The notes beneath the pieces were generated by a model. The model did no database searches and was not told the DNA's origin. It was given only the letters and a program-made list of their open reading frames with translations. From NCBI GenBank assembly GCA_963980225.1, contig CAXBYW010000002.1:103582-167581 (forward strand): a DNA stretch of 64,000 nucleotides, written 5' to 3'. Below are positions 38,123 to 48,545 of the stretch, in pieces. The position numbers were made by a program, and so were the translations under genes. The stretch is from an uncultured bacterium. Lineage in GTDB: Bacteria; Patescibacteriota; Microgenomatia; UBA1400; MFAQ01. Numbering within the stretch: the first letter of the stretch is position 1; each line of letters starts with the position of its first letter.

Positions 38123-38800
38123 TTATTTGTCGGATTTTGTTGGTTTGGAATAACGTTTTTGTATTTTCCAGTGGTAAAAAATAAAAAATACTTTTATATA
38201 TGTAAACATGCTTTTCAAAAATATCATTGAGCTTATTCCCAGGGTTTGCTCAGTTGGTGGAGAAATTAGTTTAGCCATATTCTCCCCTACCGACATTCTC
38301 ATAACAAACAACTTGCCAATAGAGTTTTGAAAATAAATGTTTAGGGGATAGTTTCTTTGCTGATAAAAATATGTAATCAAATCGGTGCTTATTCCTTCTT
38401 TATTTTTCGAACCTACTTCCTTGTATTCTAAATCTAACTTAACTTCATTTCGATCATTGACTCCGAGAATATTTGACTCTTTCAAGGATAAACGTAATCG
38501 CCAGATAACTTTTATGTCAGTGAGTATTAAAAAAAGTGGCTCAAAATTGATTGAATGACATACACCTTTTCCTACATTTTGGAGGATAAATTCTGGACTT
38601 ATGTTGTTAGGTGTCTTTCTATATATAAGTTTTAAAAAAGGCATTTCACTGGCCCTAACTTGCCTTGTCGCATTAAGGAAACTACTCCACGCTATTAATA
38701 AGGCTAACAAAGGCACAAATGGTAAAAAGTTTTTTATTGCTTCTAAGAGAATTGGGTTTTGAACCTGTTGAAGGAAGTTCATTCGTTCCACTCTATACAA
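38123..38800 (-). CDS. hypothetical membrane-associated protein
   Basis: 225-aa ORF. Confidence 0.4.
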   Translation of the reverse strand: MYRVERMNFLQQVQNPILLEAIKNFLPFVPLLALLIAWSSFLNATRQVRASEMPFLKLIYRKTPNNISPEFILQNVGKGVCHSINFEPLFLILTDIKVIWRLRLSLKESNILGVNDRNEVKLDLEYKEVGSKNKEGISTDLITYFYQQRNYPLNIYFQNSIGKLFVMRMSVGENMAKLISPPTEQTLGISSMIFLKSMFTYIKVFFIFYHWKIQKRYSKPTKSDK

Positions 38801-39465
38801 CTTCCATTCCAGCCTGGGGTTTTACATGTTTTAATTTTTATTGGTGTGGGTGTAAAGGTGGGTGCGGGAGATACAAATTTTATTGGGTCTGGGTTGAATG
38901 GTTTATTTATTTCGAAATACCAGTTTATCCACCCAAGACAGTCAGAATAAGTATATTCTCCGATATAGACAGATGTTTCCTTTGAAGGATCATAAACATT
39001 ACATGGGAACGTTGCGGCCTTATAAGAGGATGTGGATGGCGCAATTGCTGGCTGGCTTTGGGTTGATTTTTCTGAAGTTTGATTCATCGTAGTAGAGTTT
39101 CTATCGCGTTCGATGCATTGTAAATCCTCACTTGTTATCCAATAAGATTTATCATTGAATTTATACTCTTGAAGCTCACTTCTCCAAACCTGAGTATCTT
39201 CCCTGTTGCAGTAATCATAATAATCAAGGATATAATCACCGCCTTGGTTGTTTGTGTTGGTTTTTGCTTGGATACTAGTTGGTGTAGGAGTTGTTGCTGC
39301 TAAATCTAAAGGTTTCTTTTGTGATTTACGTTTGTATTGTATATCTTGATTTTTAGCATAAAGAAAACCGACTGATGATAGAGATACGGCAAATATTATT
39401 AGTAAGCATACTTTCATGGAAAAAGGGTGGTGTTTCTTCTGTTTAACTTGATTTTCTCTCTTCAT
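38779..39465 (-). CDS. secreted Cys-containing protein
   Basis: N-terminal TM/signal MKVCLLIIFAVSLSSVGFLYA. Confidence 0.45.
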   Translation of the reverse strand: MKRENQVKQKKHHPFSMKVCLLIIFAVSLSSVGFLYAKNQDIQYKRKSQKKPLDLAATTPTPTSIQAKTNTNNQGGDYILDYYDYCNREDTQVWRSELQEYKFNDKSYWITSEDLQCIERDRNSTTMNQTSEKSTQSQPAIAPSTSSYKAATFPCNVYDPSKETSVYIGEYTYSDCLGWINWYFEINKPFNPDPIKFVSPAPTFTPTPIKIKTCKTPGWNGSCIEWNE

Positions 39466-39688
39466 TTTAATGGTTGTAACTTTTTCTATAATTTAGACAT
39501 ATCGTACCATTATCTAAAGCTTTTGGTGCGATGTGTCGCACAACTATGGATTGGCGACGTTGGTTTGTGGCTAGAATAGTAATAACCATTTTCTTGACGA
39601 CTTATAGATAAAATATTTATGCGTGAGTTGTTGTAAAATAGGATATTAACACGGCTCTTTATCTGATGTAGTTTCCGTCCGTCTTGTG

Positions 39689-39979
39689 CTACTTATATGT
39701 ACTTTTTCCTCTTGTGCCGAATTTAGCTGGATATATTGTATTGGTATTACCGTCAGGGTAATATATATATCTGTAAGGTGGTTTTTTTACTTTTCTATAG
39801 TCACCATATCGTCCACCCTTTATTTTGCTATGAGAAAATGGTGCTTCAGTGGCTGATTGTTCGCATTTTTCATATACTTTTCTCGCTCTTTCGTCTTTAA
39901 TTTTTGAATAAACTCTTTTGCTTTGTTTTTGGTCTACTAACCATTTGCCTGTTGTGGTGTTATTAGTTGAAGTACTCAT
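39689..39979 (-). CDS. hypothetical basic protein
   Basis: 96-aa ORF. Confidence 0.35.
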   Translation of the reverse strand: MSTSTNNTTTGKWLVDQKQSKRVYSKIKDERARKVYEKCEQSATEAPFSHSKIKGGRYGDYRKVKKPPYRYIYYPDGNTNTIYPAKFGTRGKSTYK

Positions 39980-40135
39980 ATTGTGACTCTATTCGTACTA
40001 TTCTTAATATGATTCACCTCAGTGTTAAATTCTTTATCTTCTAGGAGTTCGCAGTATTCTTCCCAGTCTTCAATTAAATCCATATAACGATTCCTCACCA
40101 CGAAATTGGATAGTAAATCTTTGAGAAGTAAAAAC

Positions 40136-40468
40136 TTATCTTTTGCTTTTAGTTTTCCCCACAGTCTTTTTACTCTTAGGCTTAGGAGTTGTGTGTTTTT
40201 GGAATTTTTCATAATTAGTTTGTAGTGCTTCTATAAGTGAAGGTATGAGGTCGTTTGGTATTGCTACTTGGCATTGTAGAGGAACTGGTATGTCTTTATC
40301 AGCTCTTAATAACTTCAAATCTGCTTTTGTTGGAGGAGGAACGTCCATAAAGCTGATGGTAAAGTCTAATCCAGTGTTGCGTACTTCGATATGATTAGAA
40401 TAAATTCGATTATTAATTCTTTCGCTGTCTGAGATAAAACGAGGACCCTTGGTTTTATTTGTCGCCAT
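40136..40468 (-). CDS. DUF3467-like small protein
   Basis: 110 aa; overlaps the 39976-40212 ORF, so a frameshift or overlap is possible. Confidence 0.4.
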   Translation of the reverse strand: MATNKTKGPRFISDSERINNRIYSNHIEVRNTGLDFTISFMDVPPPTKADLKLLRADKDIPVPLQCQVAIPNDLIPSLIEALQTNYEKFQKHTTPKPKSKKTVGKTKSKR

Positions 40469-40512
40469 AAGTGTTATTGTACATTAACGATATAACAAAT
40501 TAAAGTTAAGCA

Positions 40513-40654
40513 GTGTTTTATTCTCAACTTGTTAAAGGTTAAGCGATTAAATAGCCTTGGTTTGTGGGTTCAAGAATTGATCTATAAAGGATTGGATAAT
40601 ACGCGGAGAACCTAGAAGACAAAGTGTTCCAATTCAAAACCACTTGGCGCACAA
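40513..40654 (+). repeat. Rep-B copy 1 (~135-nt intergenic repeat)
   Basis: gtgtttta...cttgttaaaggttaagcgattaaatagccttgg...gagaacctagaagacaaagtgttccaattcaaaaccacttggcgcacaa. Confidence 0.7.
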
Positions 40655-40689
40655 TTCTAAAATTTAGCCTCTGGTGATATACTTGAATT

Positions 40690-41478
40690 ATGGATTTCAA
40701 AGAGATACATTTCCCCGGAGTACTACCAAAAATAAGGTTTCCCACAGATATCTTACTTGCTCTTCCTGAAAACTCTTTACTCCCCTTAGAACAACAACAC
40801 TTCTTGTTATACATTCCTTGGAAAGATGAATACCTATCTTTAGTTCCAGAAGAGTTTCAAGATTTTTACAAACAGATACTCCCCTATTTACGGGTTCGTA
40901 CCACGGACGTACACACTGCCATCTCATCAAGCTATCTAGATCTCCTTCTTAATAGAATTAACAAACCTATTAATCGTAGAGTAGTCGCCCTCTCTCTGTT
41001 TCTACATGACGTAGGTTGGAGTAAGTTAACTGAAAAGGAAATTGCTAATAGCCTAGGAATAAAAGGTCTAAGGTTAACTAATGCTGCCTTGAGTCCTAAA
41101 GAGAAACATGCTGTTGAGGGTGAAAAAATAGCTCGAGAGATCCTCACGTCCTATCAATTTGACCCACCACTTACCACTGAAAAAATCGACTTAATCTGCA
41201 AGGCAGTTTTATATCACGATAAGCCAGAAGCAGTGGCTGGCTCCAAAGAATCAGTGCCACTAGAAATACAGGTTTTAATTGATCTAGATCACCTCTGGTC
41301 TTTTACTCACGAGAACTTTTGGCAAGACTCTGTTAGAAAAGGTGTAGCTCCAATAGAATATCTTCAAAATCTTACCGACGACCTTGACTCTTACTTTGTA
41401 ACTACAGAAGGCAAAATCTTAGCCAGAGAACTACTTACAAAAAGAGCGGTGGAAGTTAAATCTTGGGAGGGGAAATAG
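40690..41478 (+). CDS. HD-domain phosphohydrolase
   Basis: LFLHDVGW and YHDKPE motifs. Confidence 0.7.
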   Translation: MDFKEIHFPGVLPKIRFPTDILLALPENSLLPLEQQHFLLYIPWKDEYLSLVPEEFQDFYKQILPYLRVRTTDVHTAISSSYLDLLLNRINKPINRRVVALSLFLHDVGWSKLTEKEIANSLGIKGLRLTNAALSPKEKHAVEGEKIAREILTSYQFDPPLTTEKIDLICKAVLYHDKPEAVAGSKESVPLEIQVLIDLDHLWSFTHENFWQDSVRKGVAPIEYLQNLTDDLDSYFVTTEGKILARELLTKRAVEVKSWEGK

Positions 41479-41535
41479 TTTCCAATATAGTTTCATAACC
41501 CTGCGTATATTTATATAGAGTTTAATACTCTATAT

Positions 41536-41658
41536 GTTAAAGATTAAGCGAATGAATAGCCTTGATTTTCAGATCCAGGAATAGATTTATAAAGAACAGG
41601 GTAATACTTTGAGAACCTAGAAGACAAAGTGTTCCAGCTCAAAACCACTTGGCGCACA
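41536..41658 (+). repeat. Rep-B copy 2
   Basis: gttaaagattaagcgaatgaatagccttg...gttccagctcaaaaccacttggcgcacaa. Confidence 0.7.
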
Positions 41659-41684
41659 AAAATAAAATGGGTTGGTATGACGGC

Positions 41685-42473
41685 TTATTTTCTTACTACT
41701 TCTTTTTTAAGAATATTATAAAACTTGTCTTTTGCCATTCGTTCAACCCATGGTTTATGTCCACATTTTTTTAATAAAATAAAACGAAACTTCTTGAGAG
41801 CAGATGTAAGAGGGATTTTAACTCCACTAAATGGATGGGGATCATAATCACCATGAATAGCGACTACTGAACATTGGATTTGTTTAGCTAGACTTAATAG
41901 CTCCCCACTGCTTCTAAATTTGTCTGCTGCTGGCCATACACCCTGAAAAGCATCGAACTGAACCTGAAGCATCTCGTCCTCATAAGGTAAAGGGTCATAT
42001 GAATCAGCTTTGGAAATTAGCTTTCCAAACTGAGACATTATGGCGTTCTTGTTTTTGATTGTTGAATCGTTGAGAGATTTAATTAGACTTTGAACTTCCG
42101 ATTTTTCTTGATCATCAAGGCGATCCAATCTGGTTTTCATGATATTCTCGGCATATTCTTTTTCAAATGGACCACTACCAACAAGTATGAGTTTCTTTAC
42201 GAGAGAAGGATGTTTGGCGGTGAAAATAAAACTAAGCCATGCTCCCCAAGAATAACCAATTAACACAACAGGAAGATTCCCGTTTTTCTTTAAAACATCA
42301 TATAGTTCTTGAACCTGACCTTCAAGAGAAGTTGCTGTCTGGAGCGGTTCTAAAACACCCCAACTAGAGGAAAGTTCCCTAGCTACTGGAGCCACTTCTC
42401 CAGGTGCACCTGGCCCTCCGTGAATCACAGCTATAGAAAAAGGCTCCTCACCATATTTTCTTAAGTTCTTCAT
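41685..42473 (-). CDS. alpha/beta-fold hydrolase
   Basis: GYSWGAW nucleophile elbow GxSxG. Confidence 0.7.
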   Translation of the reverse strand: MKNLRKYGEEPFSIAVIHGGPGAPGEVAPVARELSSSWGVLEPLQTATSLEGQVQELYDVLKKNGNLPVVLIGYSWGAWLSFIFTAKHPSLVKKLILVGSGPFEKEYAENIMKTRLDRLDDQEKSEVQSLIKSLNDSTIKNKNAIMSQFGKLISKADSYDPLPYEDEMLQVQFDAFQGVWPAADKFRSSGELLSLAKQIQCSVVAIHGDYDPHPFSGVKIPLTSALKKFRFILLKKCGHKPWVERMAKDKFYNILKKEVVRK

Positions 42474-42487
42474 GTCTGTAATTGTAT

Positions 42488-42630
42488 AGTGTTTTATCCC
42501 CCACCTGTTAGAGATTAAATAGTTAGATAGCCTTGATTTACAGGCTCAGGGATTGACTTGTAAAGGACAGGATAATACTGGGAGAACCTATTTGCCAGGG
42601 TGTTCCAGTTCAAAACCACTTGGTGCACAA
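42488..42630 (+). repeat. Rep-B copy 3
   Basis: gtgttttatcc...atagccttgatttacaggctcagg...gttccagttcaaaaccacttggtgcacaa. Confidence 0.7.
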
Positions 42631-42633
42631 AGA

Positions 42634-43179
42634 CTAAATAGACCGATCTAGGGGTATTTTAATGCTCTTAATTATTGGCCAAAATACTCTTTGAACTGTG
42701 GATTTGGTTAGTTTTGATAGTTCTGTAAATCCGACATCGAAAGAGTCGATTTGGTTACCCTCTTTGACGACCTTACCCCCCTCCTTGCTTACCTCGTAGA
42801 ATATTAGTATGCCGTGGGCATCCTCGCCCTTGTGAGTAAAGAAGTCTTCGGTAATTGATATAAGTTTGCCTGGTTTGACTATTAGCCCTGTTTCTTCTTT
42901 AAATTCTCTTACCAAGGCATCTGATATTTTTTCACCTATCTCGACTGCACCACCTGGCAAGGCAAGAGTGTCTGTATTGGGATGTTTTTGGGTTAATAGC
43001 AAACCATTTTGGCGAAGAATACCGTAAGTACTAATTCTAAAGCGGAAGTTTTTAAGATTTCTTTGATGTTTGTTCCCAAATAAATCAAAGGCGGTTATTA
43101 GTTTCTTTTGAGGAGGATTGAATAATGGTTCTGGTTTCTGCATTAACATCTTAGTTATTATATATCTTTGCGAAAACAT
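42634..43179 (-). CDS. NUDIX hydrolase
   Basis: Nudix box GGAVEIGEKISDALVREFKEETGL. Confidence 0.8.
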   Translation of the reverse strand: MFSQRYIITKMLMQKPEPLFNPPQKKLITAFDLFGNKHQRNLKNFRFRISTYGILRQNGLLLTQKHPNTDTLALPGGAVEIGEKISDALVREFKEETGLIVKPGKLISITEDFFTHKGEDAHGILIFYEVSKEGGKVVKEGNQIDSFDVGFTELSKLTKSTVQRVFWPIIKSIKIPLDRSI

Positions 43180-43202
43180 CTATTGATTACTAGTGTTTTA
43201 CT

Positions 43203-43333
43203 CTCTACTTGTTAAAGATTAGATACTTAGATAGCCTTGGTAGTTAGGGTCAGGAATTGATCTGTAAAGGACAGGATAATACTTGGAGAACCTAGACGAC
43301 AAGGTGTTCCAGTTCAAAACCACTTGGCGCACA
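43203..43333 (+). repeat. Rep-B copy 4
   Basis: gtgttttactc...atagccttggtagttagggtcagg...gttccagttcaaaaccacttggcgcaca. Confidence 0.7.
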
Positions 43334-43345
43334 TGGATAAAATAG

Positions 43346-43828
43346 TTAGAGTTTAATGGGATTGTTTTTGAAATATTTTTTTAAGCCATTGGAAAAGGGC
43401 TTCCTCTCCTCTTTCGTAGCTACCCAGCTTTTAGACATGTTTTCATGAAGACCATCATTGCTAAACCTTGGAAAGATGTGAAAGTGATAATGAAAGGCGT
43501 GTTGCCCACCAGCCGGCTCGTTGTTTTGTAGTGTGGTGATACCATCGCACTTTCTAGTTTCCTTTATGGCTAGAGCTATTTGCTGAGCTACATCAGAGAT
43601 TCGATGGGAGACTTCATTTGGAATATCGTAGATGTTTTCGTAATGTTCCAGTGGGACGATAATGATGTGGCCTGGGTTGTTACCGACAAATTTAGAGTTG
43701 ACCATAGCAAATACAAGATCGTCTTTGTAAAAAATATCTTCTTGATTAGCCATAGTATCTTTACTCTCGATACCTGTGGCTGTCAAACATAAGGGGCATT
43801 TATAGTCCTTTGGTGCGTGATTAAACAT
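43346..43828 (-). CDS. HIT-family nucleotide hydrolase
   Basis: histidine triad HYHFHIFPR. Confidence 0.75.
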   Translation of the reverse strand: MFNHAPKDYKCPLCLTATGIESKDTMANQEDIFYKDDLVFAMVNSKFVGNNPGHIIIVPLEHYENIYDIPNEVSHRISDVAQQIALAIKETRKCDGITTLQNNEPAGGQHAFHYHFHIFPRFSNDGLHENMSKSWVATKEERKPFSNGLKKYFKNNPIKL

Positions 43829-43840
43829 ATTGACTCTATT

Positions 43841-44557
43841 TTACTTTTTAACTTGAATAGTTAGAGAGTACTCTTTAATTTCTCTTGGTTTCAAAATTTC
43901 TCCGCTGCCGACATCGCCCCAAAATGGTTCAACGCAAATATATTTATTAATATCATCAGACCAAATTACCCACTGATGAGGAGGTGTATTGGTATTAAGT
44001 GTTATCTCCATATCATTAACTGTAAAAATAACCTCATTAATATTTGTCTTGTTTTTTAGTGCTATAGATTTTTTATTTTCAAAACCTTTAAGCATATCCT
44101 CGAAAAGTTCATCTTTAAATGTAACTTTTTCTCCGTTGGTTGCAAAATAAGGATGAAAACCATGAGCAACTTCTCTGGGTTTGTCTTCGAGGTTTTCTGC
44201 TTTTAAACTTATCTTTAGTCCATTATCTAATAATGAGTGTGAAACCTGAACTCTTCCAGCGAAAAGAAATTTTTTGGTGGAAGTAATCCGTTCATATTTG
44301 ACGCTGTTTGTATCTCTATTTATCTCTTTCCAGTCAGCAATTCTATGTGTTCCGTGCTGTGGTAGTTTTGGATAAAGATTTTTCCATCCTTTTAAGGCAG
44401 CCCCCACAATTGGACCGAGTATTGGTACACCACCTCTTTTGTTACCATCAAATGGATAAATAACATTGTTACCATTAATCGTCAACTCATGAACCAAGGC
44501 TCCTCTCGAGTTTACTTCAAGATGACTATTGTTATTTTCAATTCTTTCGTTGGACAT
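43841..44557 (-). CDS. aldose 1-epimerase (mutarotase)-like protein
   Basis: HGFHPYF motif, beta-rich 238 aa. Confidence 0.45.
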   Translation of the reverse strand: MSNERIENNNSHLEVNSRGALVHELTINGNNVIYPFDGNKRGGVPILGPIVGAALKGWKNLYPKLPQHGTHRIADWKEINRDTNSVKYERITSTKKFLFAGRVQVSHSLLDNGLKISLKAENLEDKPREVAHGFHPYFATNGEKVTFKDELFEDMLKGFENKKSIALKNKTNINEVIFTVNDMEITLNTNTPPHQWVIWSDDINKYICVEPFWGDVGSGEILKPREIKEYSLTIQVKK

Positions 44558-44596
44558 GTAACGTATTTTATCATCTAATAAATACCCACTTCTTAC

Positions 44597-46411
44597 TTAA
44601 GAACGACGATCACGTCTTCTCTCGACGTCGGTTAAAAGCTTCTTTCTTAGTCTTAAAGATTGGGGAGTGATTTCTAAAAGCTCATCTGACTCTATGAAGT
44701 CTATGGATTGTTCTAAGCTTAAGACAATTGGAGGGGCTAGTTGGATGATTCCATCCGATGACTTGGAACGCATGTTGGTTAGTTGCTTTCCTTTACAAGC
44801 GTTTACTTCTAAGTCTTCACCTTTGGCGTTTTGACCGATGATCTGACCTTCATAGACTTTAGTGCCTGGAGCAACAAATGTGTTTCCTCTTCCTTGGGCA
44901 CTACGAAGTCCGTAGGCCAATATACTACCAGCTGTTGAAGAGATTAAGGCTCCAGACCTTAACTTAGATAAAGGCTTACCTAGTGGTCTGTACTCTAAGA
45001 CGTGGGAGCTAAACATGATGGTTCCTTTGGTTAAGGTTAAAAGCAAACTTCTTAAACCAATGATGTTTCTAGTTGGTAGATGGTAGATGAACTCTGTTTC
45101 TGCGTCTGAGACAGGTTCCATCTTGATTAGCTCAGCAAGTCTCTTGCCTAGGGTCTGGCTAATGGCACCGACGTATTCAGAGGGTGTAATTAAGGAAAGT
45201 TCCTCTATTGGTTCCATCTTCACTCCATTCTCTTCTATGATGATGGCTTGTGGGTTACCCACCTCCATCTCGAAGCCTTCTCTTCGTAGTGTTTCTAGTA
45301 AGACAGCTAGATGAAGCTCTCCCCTACCAGAAAGTTTGAATTTACCACTGGGAAGCTTGTCTACCTTTAGACTTAAGTTTGATTCTAGTTCGTTATTTAG
45401 TCTTTGCTCTAGTTGTCTGCTGGTGCCTAGTTTACCTTCGTTTCCGGCAAACGGTGAGGTGTTGGGACCGATGGTCATGTGTAGGGCGGGTTTGGTGATC
45501 TGGATATCAGGTAATGCTTCGGTTTTAGGGTCGGTGGAGATAGTGGTGCCGATAGGAACCTTGGTGGCTCCAGAGATGTAGACGATGTCCCCTACTTCAA
45601 CCTTATCTACTTCTTTTTTGGTGAGTCCCTCTGAAACCATTAAGTGTTCTAAGGAAAAGGATTTGTTTGGTTGATTAGAGGAAAATAGCTTTTGACCTAC
45701 TTTCAGTTGGCCTTGAAGTAACTTACCGATCATGATCTGCCCAAGATGTGAATTAAACTCGAGAGATGAAACTTGGAATACGGGAGGTAAGGAAGAATCG
45801 CTTTTGGGAGCGGGAATAAAGTTTATGATTTCGTCTAAAAGTGGAGTGATGTTGCCTTTTTTGTCTAGGTCTTCTGGTAATGAGGAAAATACAGTTCCGT
45901 TTCTACCGACTGCAAAAAGGGTTTTAAACTCTAGTTGATCGTTATCACTTGCAAGTTCTAGGAAAAGATCGTCTGTTTTACTTAAGGTTTTTTCGATTCT
46001 AGCTAGCTTTTTGTCGATCTTGTTTACCACAACGATGATTTTTAGGTTTAAAGATAAGGCTTTTTTCAAGACAAATCTAGTTTGAGGCATAGGACCCTCT
46101 TGGGCATCGATGATCAAGAGGGCACCATCGGCCATGCTCAGGGTTCTTTCTACTTCACCGGAGAAGTCTGCGTGCCCAGGGGTGTCGATGATGTTTATCT
46201 TGACGTCTTTGTACTCCACAGAACAAGTTTTGGCAGTAATGGTGATACCTCGCTCTTTTTCTTGATCGTTACTATCTAGTAAGCGTTCCTCGGCCATTTC
46301 TAGCTGATTATCCCTAAAAGCATGAGTTTGCTTTAGTAGAGCGTCTATAAGGGTGGTTTTACCGTGGTCGACGTGGGCGATGACGGCTATATTTCTGATT
46401 TGTTTGGGCAT
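44597..46411 (-). CDS. typA: ribosome-associated GTPase TypA/BipA
   Basis: AHVDHGKTT, DTPGHADF, NKID G-domain plus EF-G-like domains, 604 aa. Confidence 0.9.
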   Translation of the reverse strand: MPKQIRNIAVIAHVDHGKTTLIDALLKQTHAFRDNQLEMAEERLLDSNDQEKERGITITAKTCSVEYKDVKINIIDTPGHADFSGEVERTLSMADGALLIIDAQEGPMPQTRFVLKKALSLNLKIIVVVNKIDKKLARIEKTLSKTDDLFLELASDNDQLEFKTLFAVGRNGTVFSSLPEDLDKKGNITPLLDEIINFIPAPKSDSSLPPVFQVSSLEFNSHLGQIMIGKLLQGQLKVGQKLFSSNQPNKSFSLEHLMVSEGLTKKEVDKVEVGDIVYISGATKVPIGTTISTDPKTEALPDIQITKPALHMTIGPNTSPFAGNEGKLGTSRQLEQRLNNELESNLSLKVDKLPSGKFKLSGRGELHLAVLLETLRREGFEMEVGNPQAIIIEENGVKMEPIEELSLITPSEYVGAISQTLGKRLAELIKMEPVSDAETEFIYHLPTRNIIGLRSLLLTLTKGTIMFSSHVLEYRPLGKPLSKLRSGALISSTAGSILAYGLRSAQGRGNTFVAPGTKVYEGQIIGQNAKGEDLEVNACKGKQLTNMRSKSSDGIIQLAPPIVLSLEQSIDFIESDELLEITPQSLRLRKKLLTDVERRRDRRS

Positions 46412-46499
46412 ATTTTAAAAAAAATAAAACAACCTGTTTTTCAGGTTGGTATACGGGCATTATACCATGTTTGATTTGGTAGTGTAGACTGAGTAGGTT

Positions 46500-47795
46500 A
46501 TGAAGTTAGATATAAATAAACAGTTTGAAGATGTTTTGGAGGTTTTAGAAAGTACTAACCATCATGTGTTCTTAACGGGTAAAGCAGGAACGGGCAAGTC
46601 TACTCTGCTAGATTTGTTTCGTGAGAAAACCGCTAAGCAAATAGCGGTAGTTGCTCCGACAGGGGTGGCGGCGGTGAATGTAAAGGGTGAGACGATTCAT
46701 TCTTTTTTTGGTTTTAGACCGGGCACCACCTTGGTACAAGCCAAAAGACTGGCTGGTAGGACCAAAAACAAGAAGCTGTATAACTCGCTTGAGACACTGG
46801 TGATTGACGAGATCTCTATGGTCAGGGCAGATCTTTTGGACATGATAAATGTGTTTTTGCAGGCGGTGCGGGGAGATAATAGTGTGTTTGGTGGAGTACA
46901 GGTGGTGATGGTGGGAGACATGCACCAGTTGCCCCCGGTGGTTACTAGAGAGGATGCAGAGAGTTTGGACATGATGTATGACACACCCTATTTCTTCTCG
47001 TCTGAAGCAGTATCTCAGATCGGTCAGGATTTTTTCCAGCCTCTGAAATTTATGGAATTGGAGAAGATTTATAGACAGGAAGATGAGAAGTTTATCTCTC
47101 TTTTAAATGATGTTCGAGAAAACAATATAGATGAAAAAAAACTGTCTAGCTTGCAAGTCTTGGAGGATGGTTGGGAACACATAAAAGACCATGTAATCTT
47201 AACGGCGGTTAACTATGTAGCTGACAAGATTAACCAACAAAGACTAGCTCAGATAAAAAGTGAACCAAAAACATACATGGCCAGTTTATCTGGTGAGTTT
47301 GATGGTAAGAGACTGCCAACCGATGAAAAACTAATTTTAAAGGAAGGTGCGAGAATTATGATGCTTAATAATGATGACCAAGGTCGATGGATAAACGGGA
47401 CCATGGGAACAGTGAGTAAACTGAAACGGTCTGCAGTAGATGTAGATCTTGATGATGGAGAGACTTATGAAGTTACTCCTTTTACTTGGAGCATGTATAA
47501 GTCGGTTTATGATGAGAAGAAGGGGGTGATAAGAAAGGAAGAGAAAGGATCTTTAACTCAGCTACCGATTAGACTGGCTTGGGCAATTACGGTACATAAA
47601 AGCCAGGGTAAGACTTTTGACAAAGTAATTATTGATCTAAGTCGGGGAATGTTTGCTCACGGCCAGGCCTATGTGGCTTTGTCACGATGCACGACCCTAT
47701 CTGGAGTGAAACTTACTCAGCCAATGGAGAAAAGACATGTGATTATGGATGATAGAGTAGTAAAGTTTGTGGAGAGGATAAGAAAAGAGAAATAG
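46500..47795 (+). CDS. Pif1/RecD-family 5'-3' DNA helicase
   Basis: LTGKAGTGKSTLL Walker A, VIDEISMV Walker B, C-terminal SH3/2B region, 431 aa. Confidence 0.7.
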   Translation: MKLDINKQFEDVLEVLESTNHHVFLTGKAGTGKSTLLDLFREKTAKQIAVVAPTGVAAVNVKGETIHSFFGFRPGTTLVQAKRLAGRTKNKKLYNSLETLVIDEISMVRADLLDMINVFLQAVRGDNSVFGGVQVVMVGDMHQLPPVVTREDAESLDMMYDTPYFFSSEAVSQIGQDFFQPLKFMELEKIYRQEDEKFISLLNDVRENNIDEKKLSSLQVLEDGWEHIKDHVILTAVNYVADKINQQRLAQIKSEPKTYMASLSGEFDGKRLPTDEKLILKEGARIMMLNNDDQGRWINGTMGTVSKLKRSAVDVDLDDGETYEVTPFTWSMYKSVYDEKKGVIRKEEKGSLTQLPIRLAWAITVHKSQGKTFDKVIIDLSRGMFAHGQAYVALSRCTTLSGVKLTQPMEKRHVIMDDRVVKFVERIRKEK

Positions 47796-47813
47796 GATAA
47801 AATATAGGCATAA

Positions 47814-47887
47814 GCGGGTGTCGTATACCGGTATTACCTCAGCTTTCCAAGCTGATGAAGGGGGTTCGACTCCCCCCACCCGCTCCA
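47814..47887 (+). tRNA. tRNA-Gly (TCC), unusual D-arm
   Basis: acceptor gcgggtg/cacccgc, anticodon loop ttTCCaa, T-arm ggggttcgactcccc, CCA. Confidence 0.7.
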
Positions 47888-48545
47888 TATCGGACTGCAT
47901 TTCCAAAAGTGCTCTTTTAGTCCGATCTGTGGGCATATTTTTCGGTTCGAGCCGTTGTTTTTTCTCATTCATACTTTTTTCAATCTTCTTGAGATAGATG
48001 AACGCGTTTTTCGCGTCGATTCGGACAATTCTGTCTTTTAAGATAAGGTTCGAGCCAAGAATGCGTAACACCATACGTTTAGCTTCTGTATCCTCTTTAT
48101 GAAATATTTTTGTTACGTTTGAAGCAAAGGCTAAGATCTCTTCCATTGTTTTTGCCCACCCTCCTAGATTATCGGAAGCAATCTGGTTTTTTGTCTGATG
48201 TTCTTCTCGAAGAAGCCGCTCCTTCTCTTTTTGGTAGTCTTCTTCCGTAACTAAATTTTCAATTTTCATTCCGTATAATTGTTTTTTTTCAACAAGAATG
48301 GCATCTAAGCGTTTCGTAAGCTTTGCTTTCTGGTTCCTCTCAAATTCAAATTCACGCGCATTTCTGCGTTTAAGATTTTTCCTGACCCACTGAATAAAAG
48401 AAGGTTTAATTTCTAGGCTATTAATGAAGACATCTACTTGTTTCTTTAATTCAATAGCATTGAGATATTGTTGACCACAAGGTCCCTTTTTTTTGACACA
48501 GCGAGCCCTACAAAAGATGATTTTAGAAGAATTAGACCTAGATCA
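47888..48545 (-). pseudogene. 3' remnant of a large serine recombinase gene (zinc-ribbon/coiled-coil C-terminal region only) abutting tRNA-Gly
   Basis: in-frame hand translation CGQQYLNAIELKKQVDVFINSLEIKPSFIQWVRKNL...MVLRILGSNLILKDRIVRIDAKNAFIYLKKI parallels the C-terminal halves of both intact recombinases in this window; no catalytic domain and no upstream start; ORF tail is antisense of the tRNA. Confidence 0.6.

Noticed and set aside
40539-40930. Track ORFs 40539-40814(-) and 40697-40930(-)
   Set aside because: They lie across the Rep-B repeat and the start of the HD gene on the other strand; likely non-coding.
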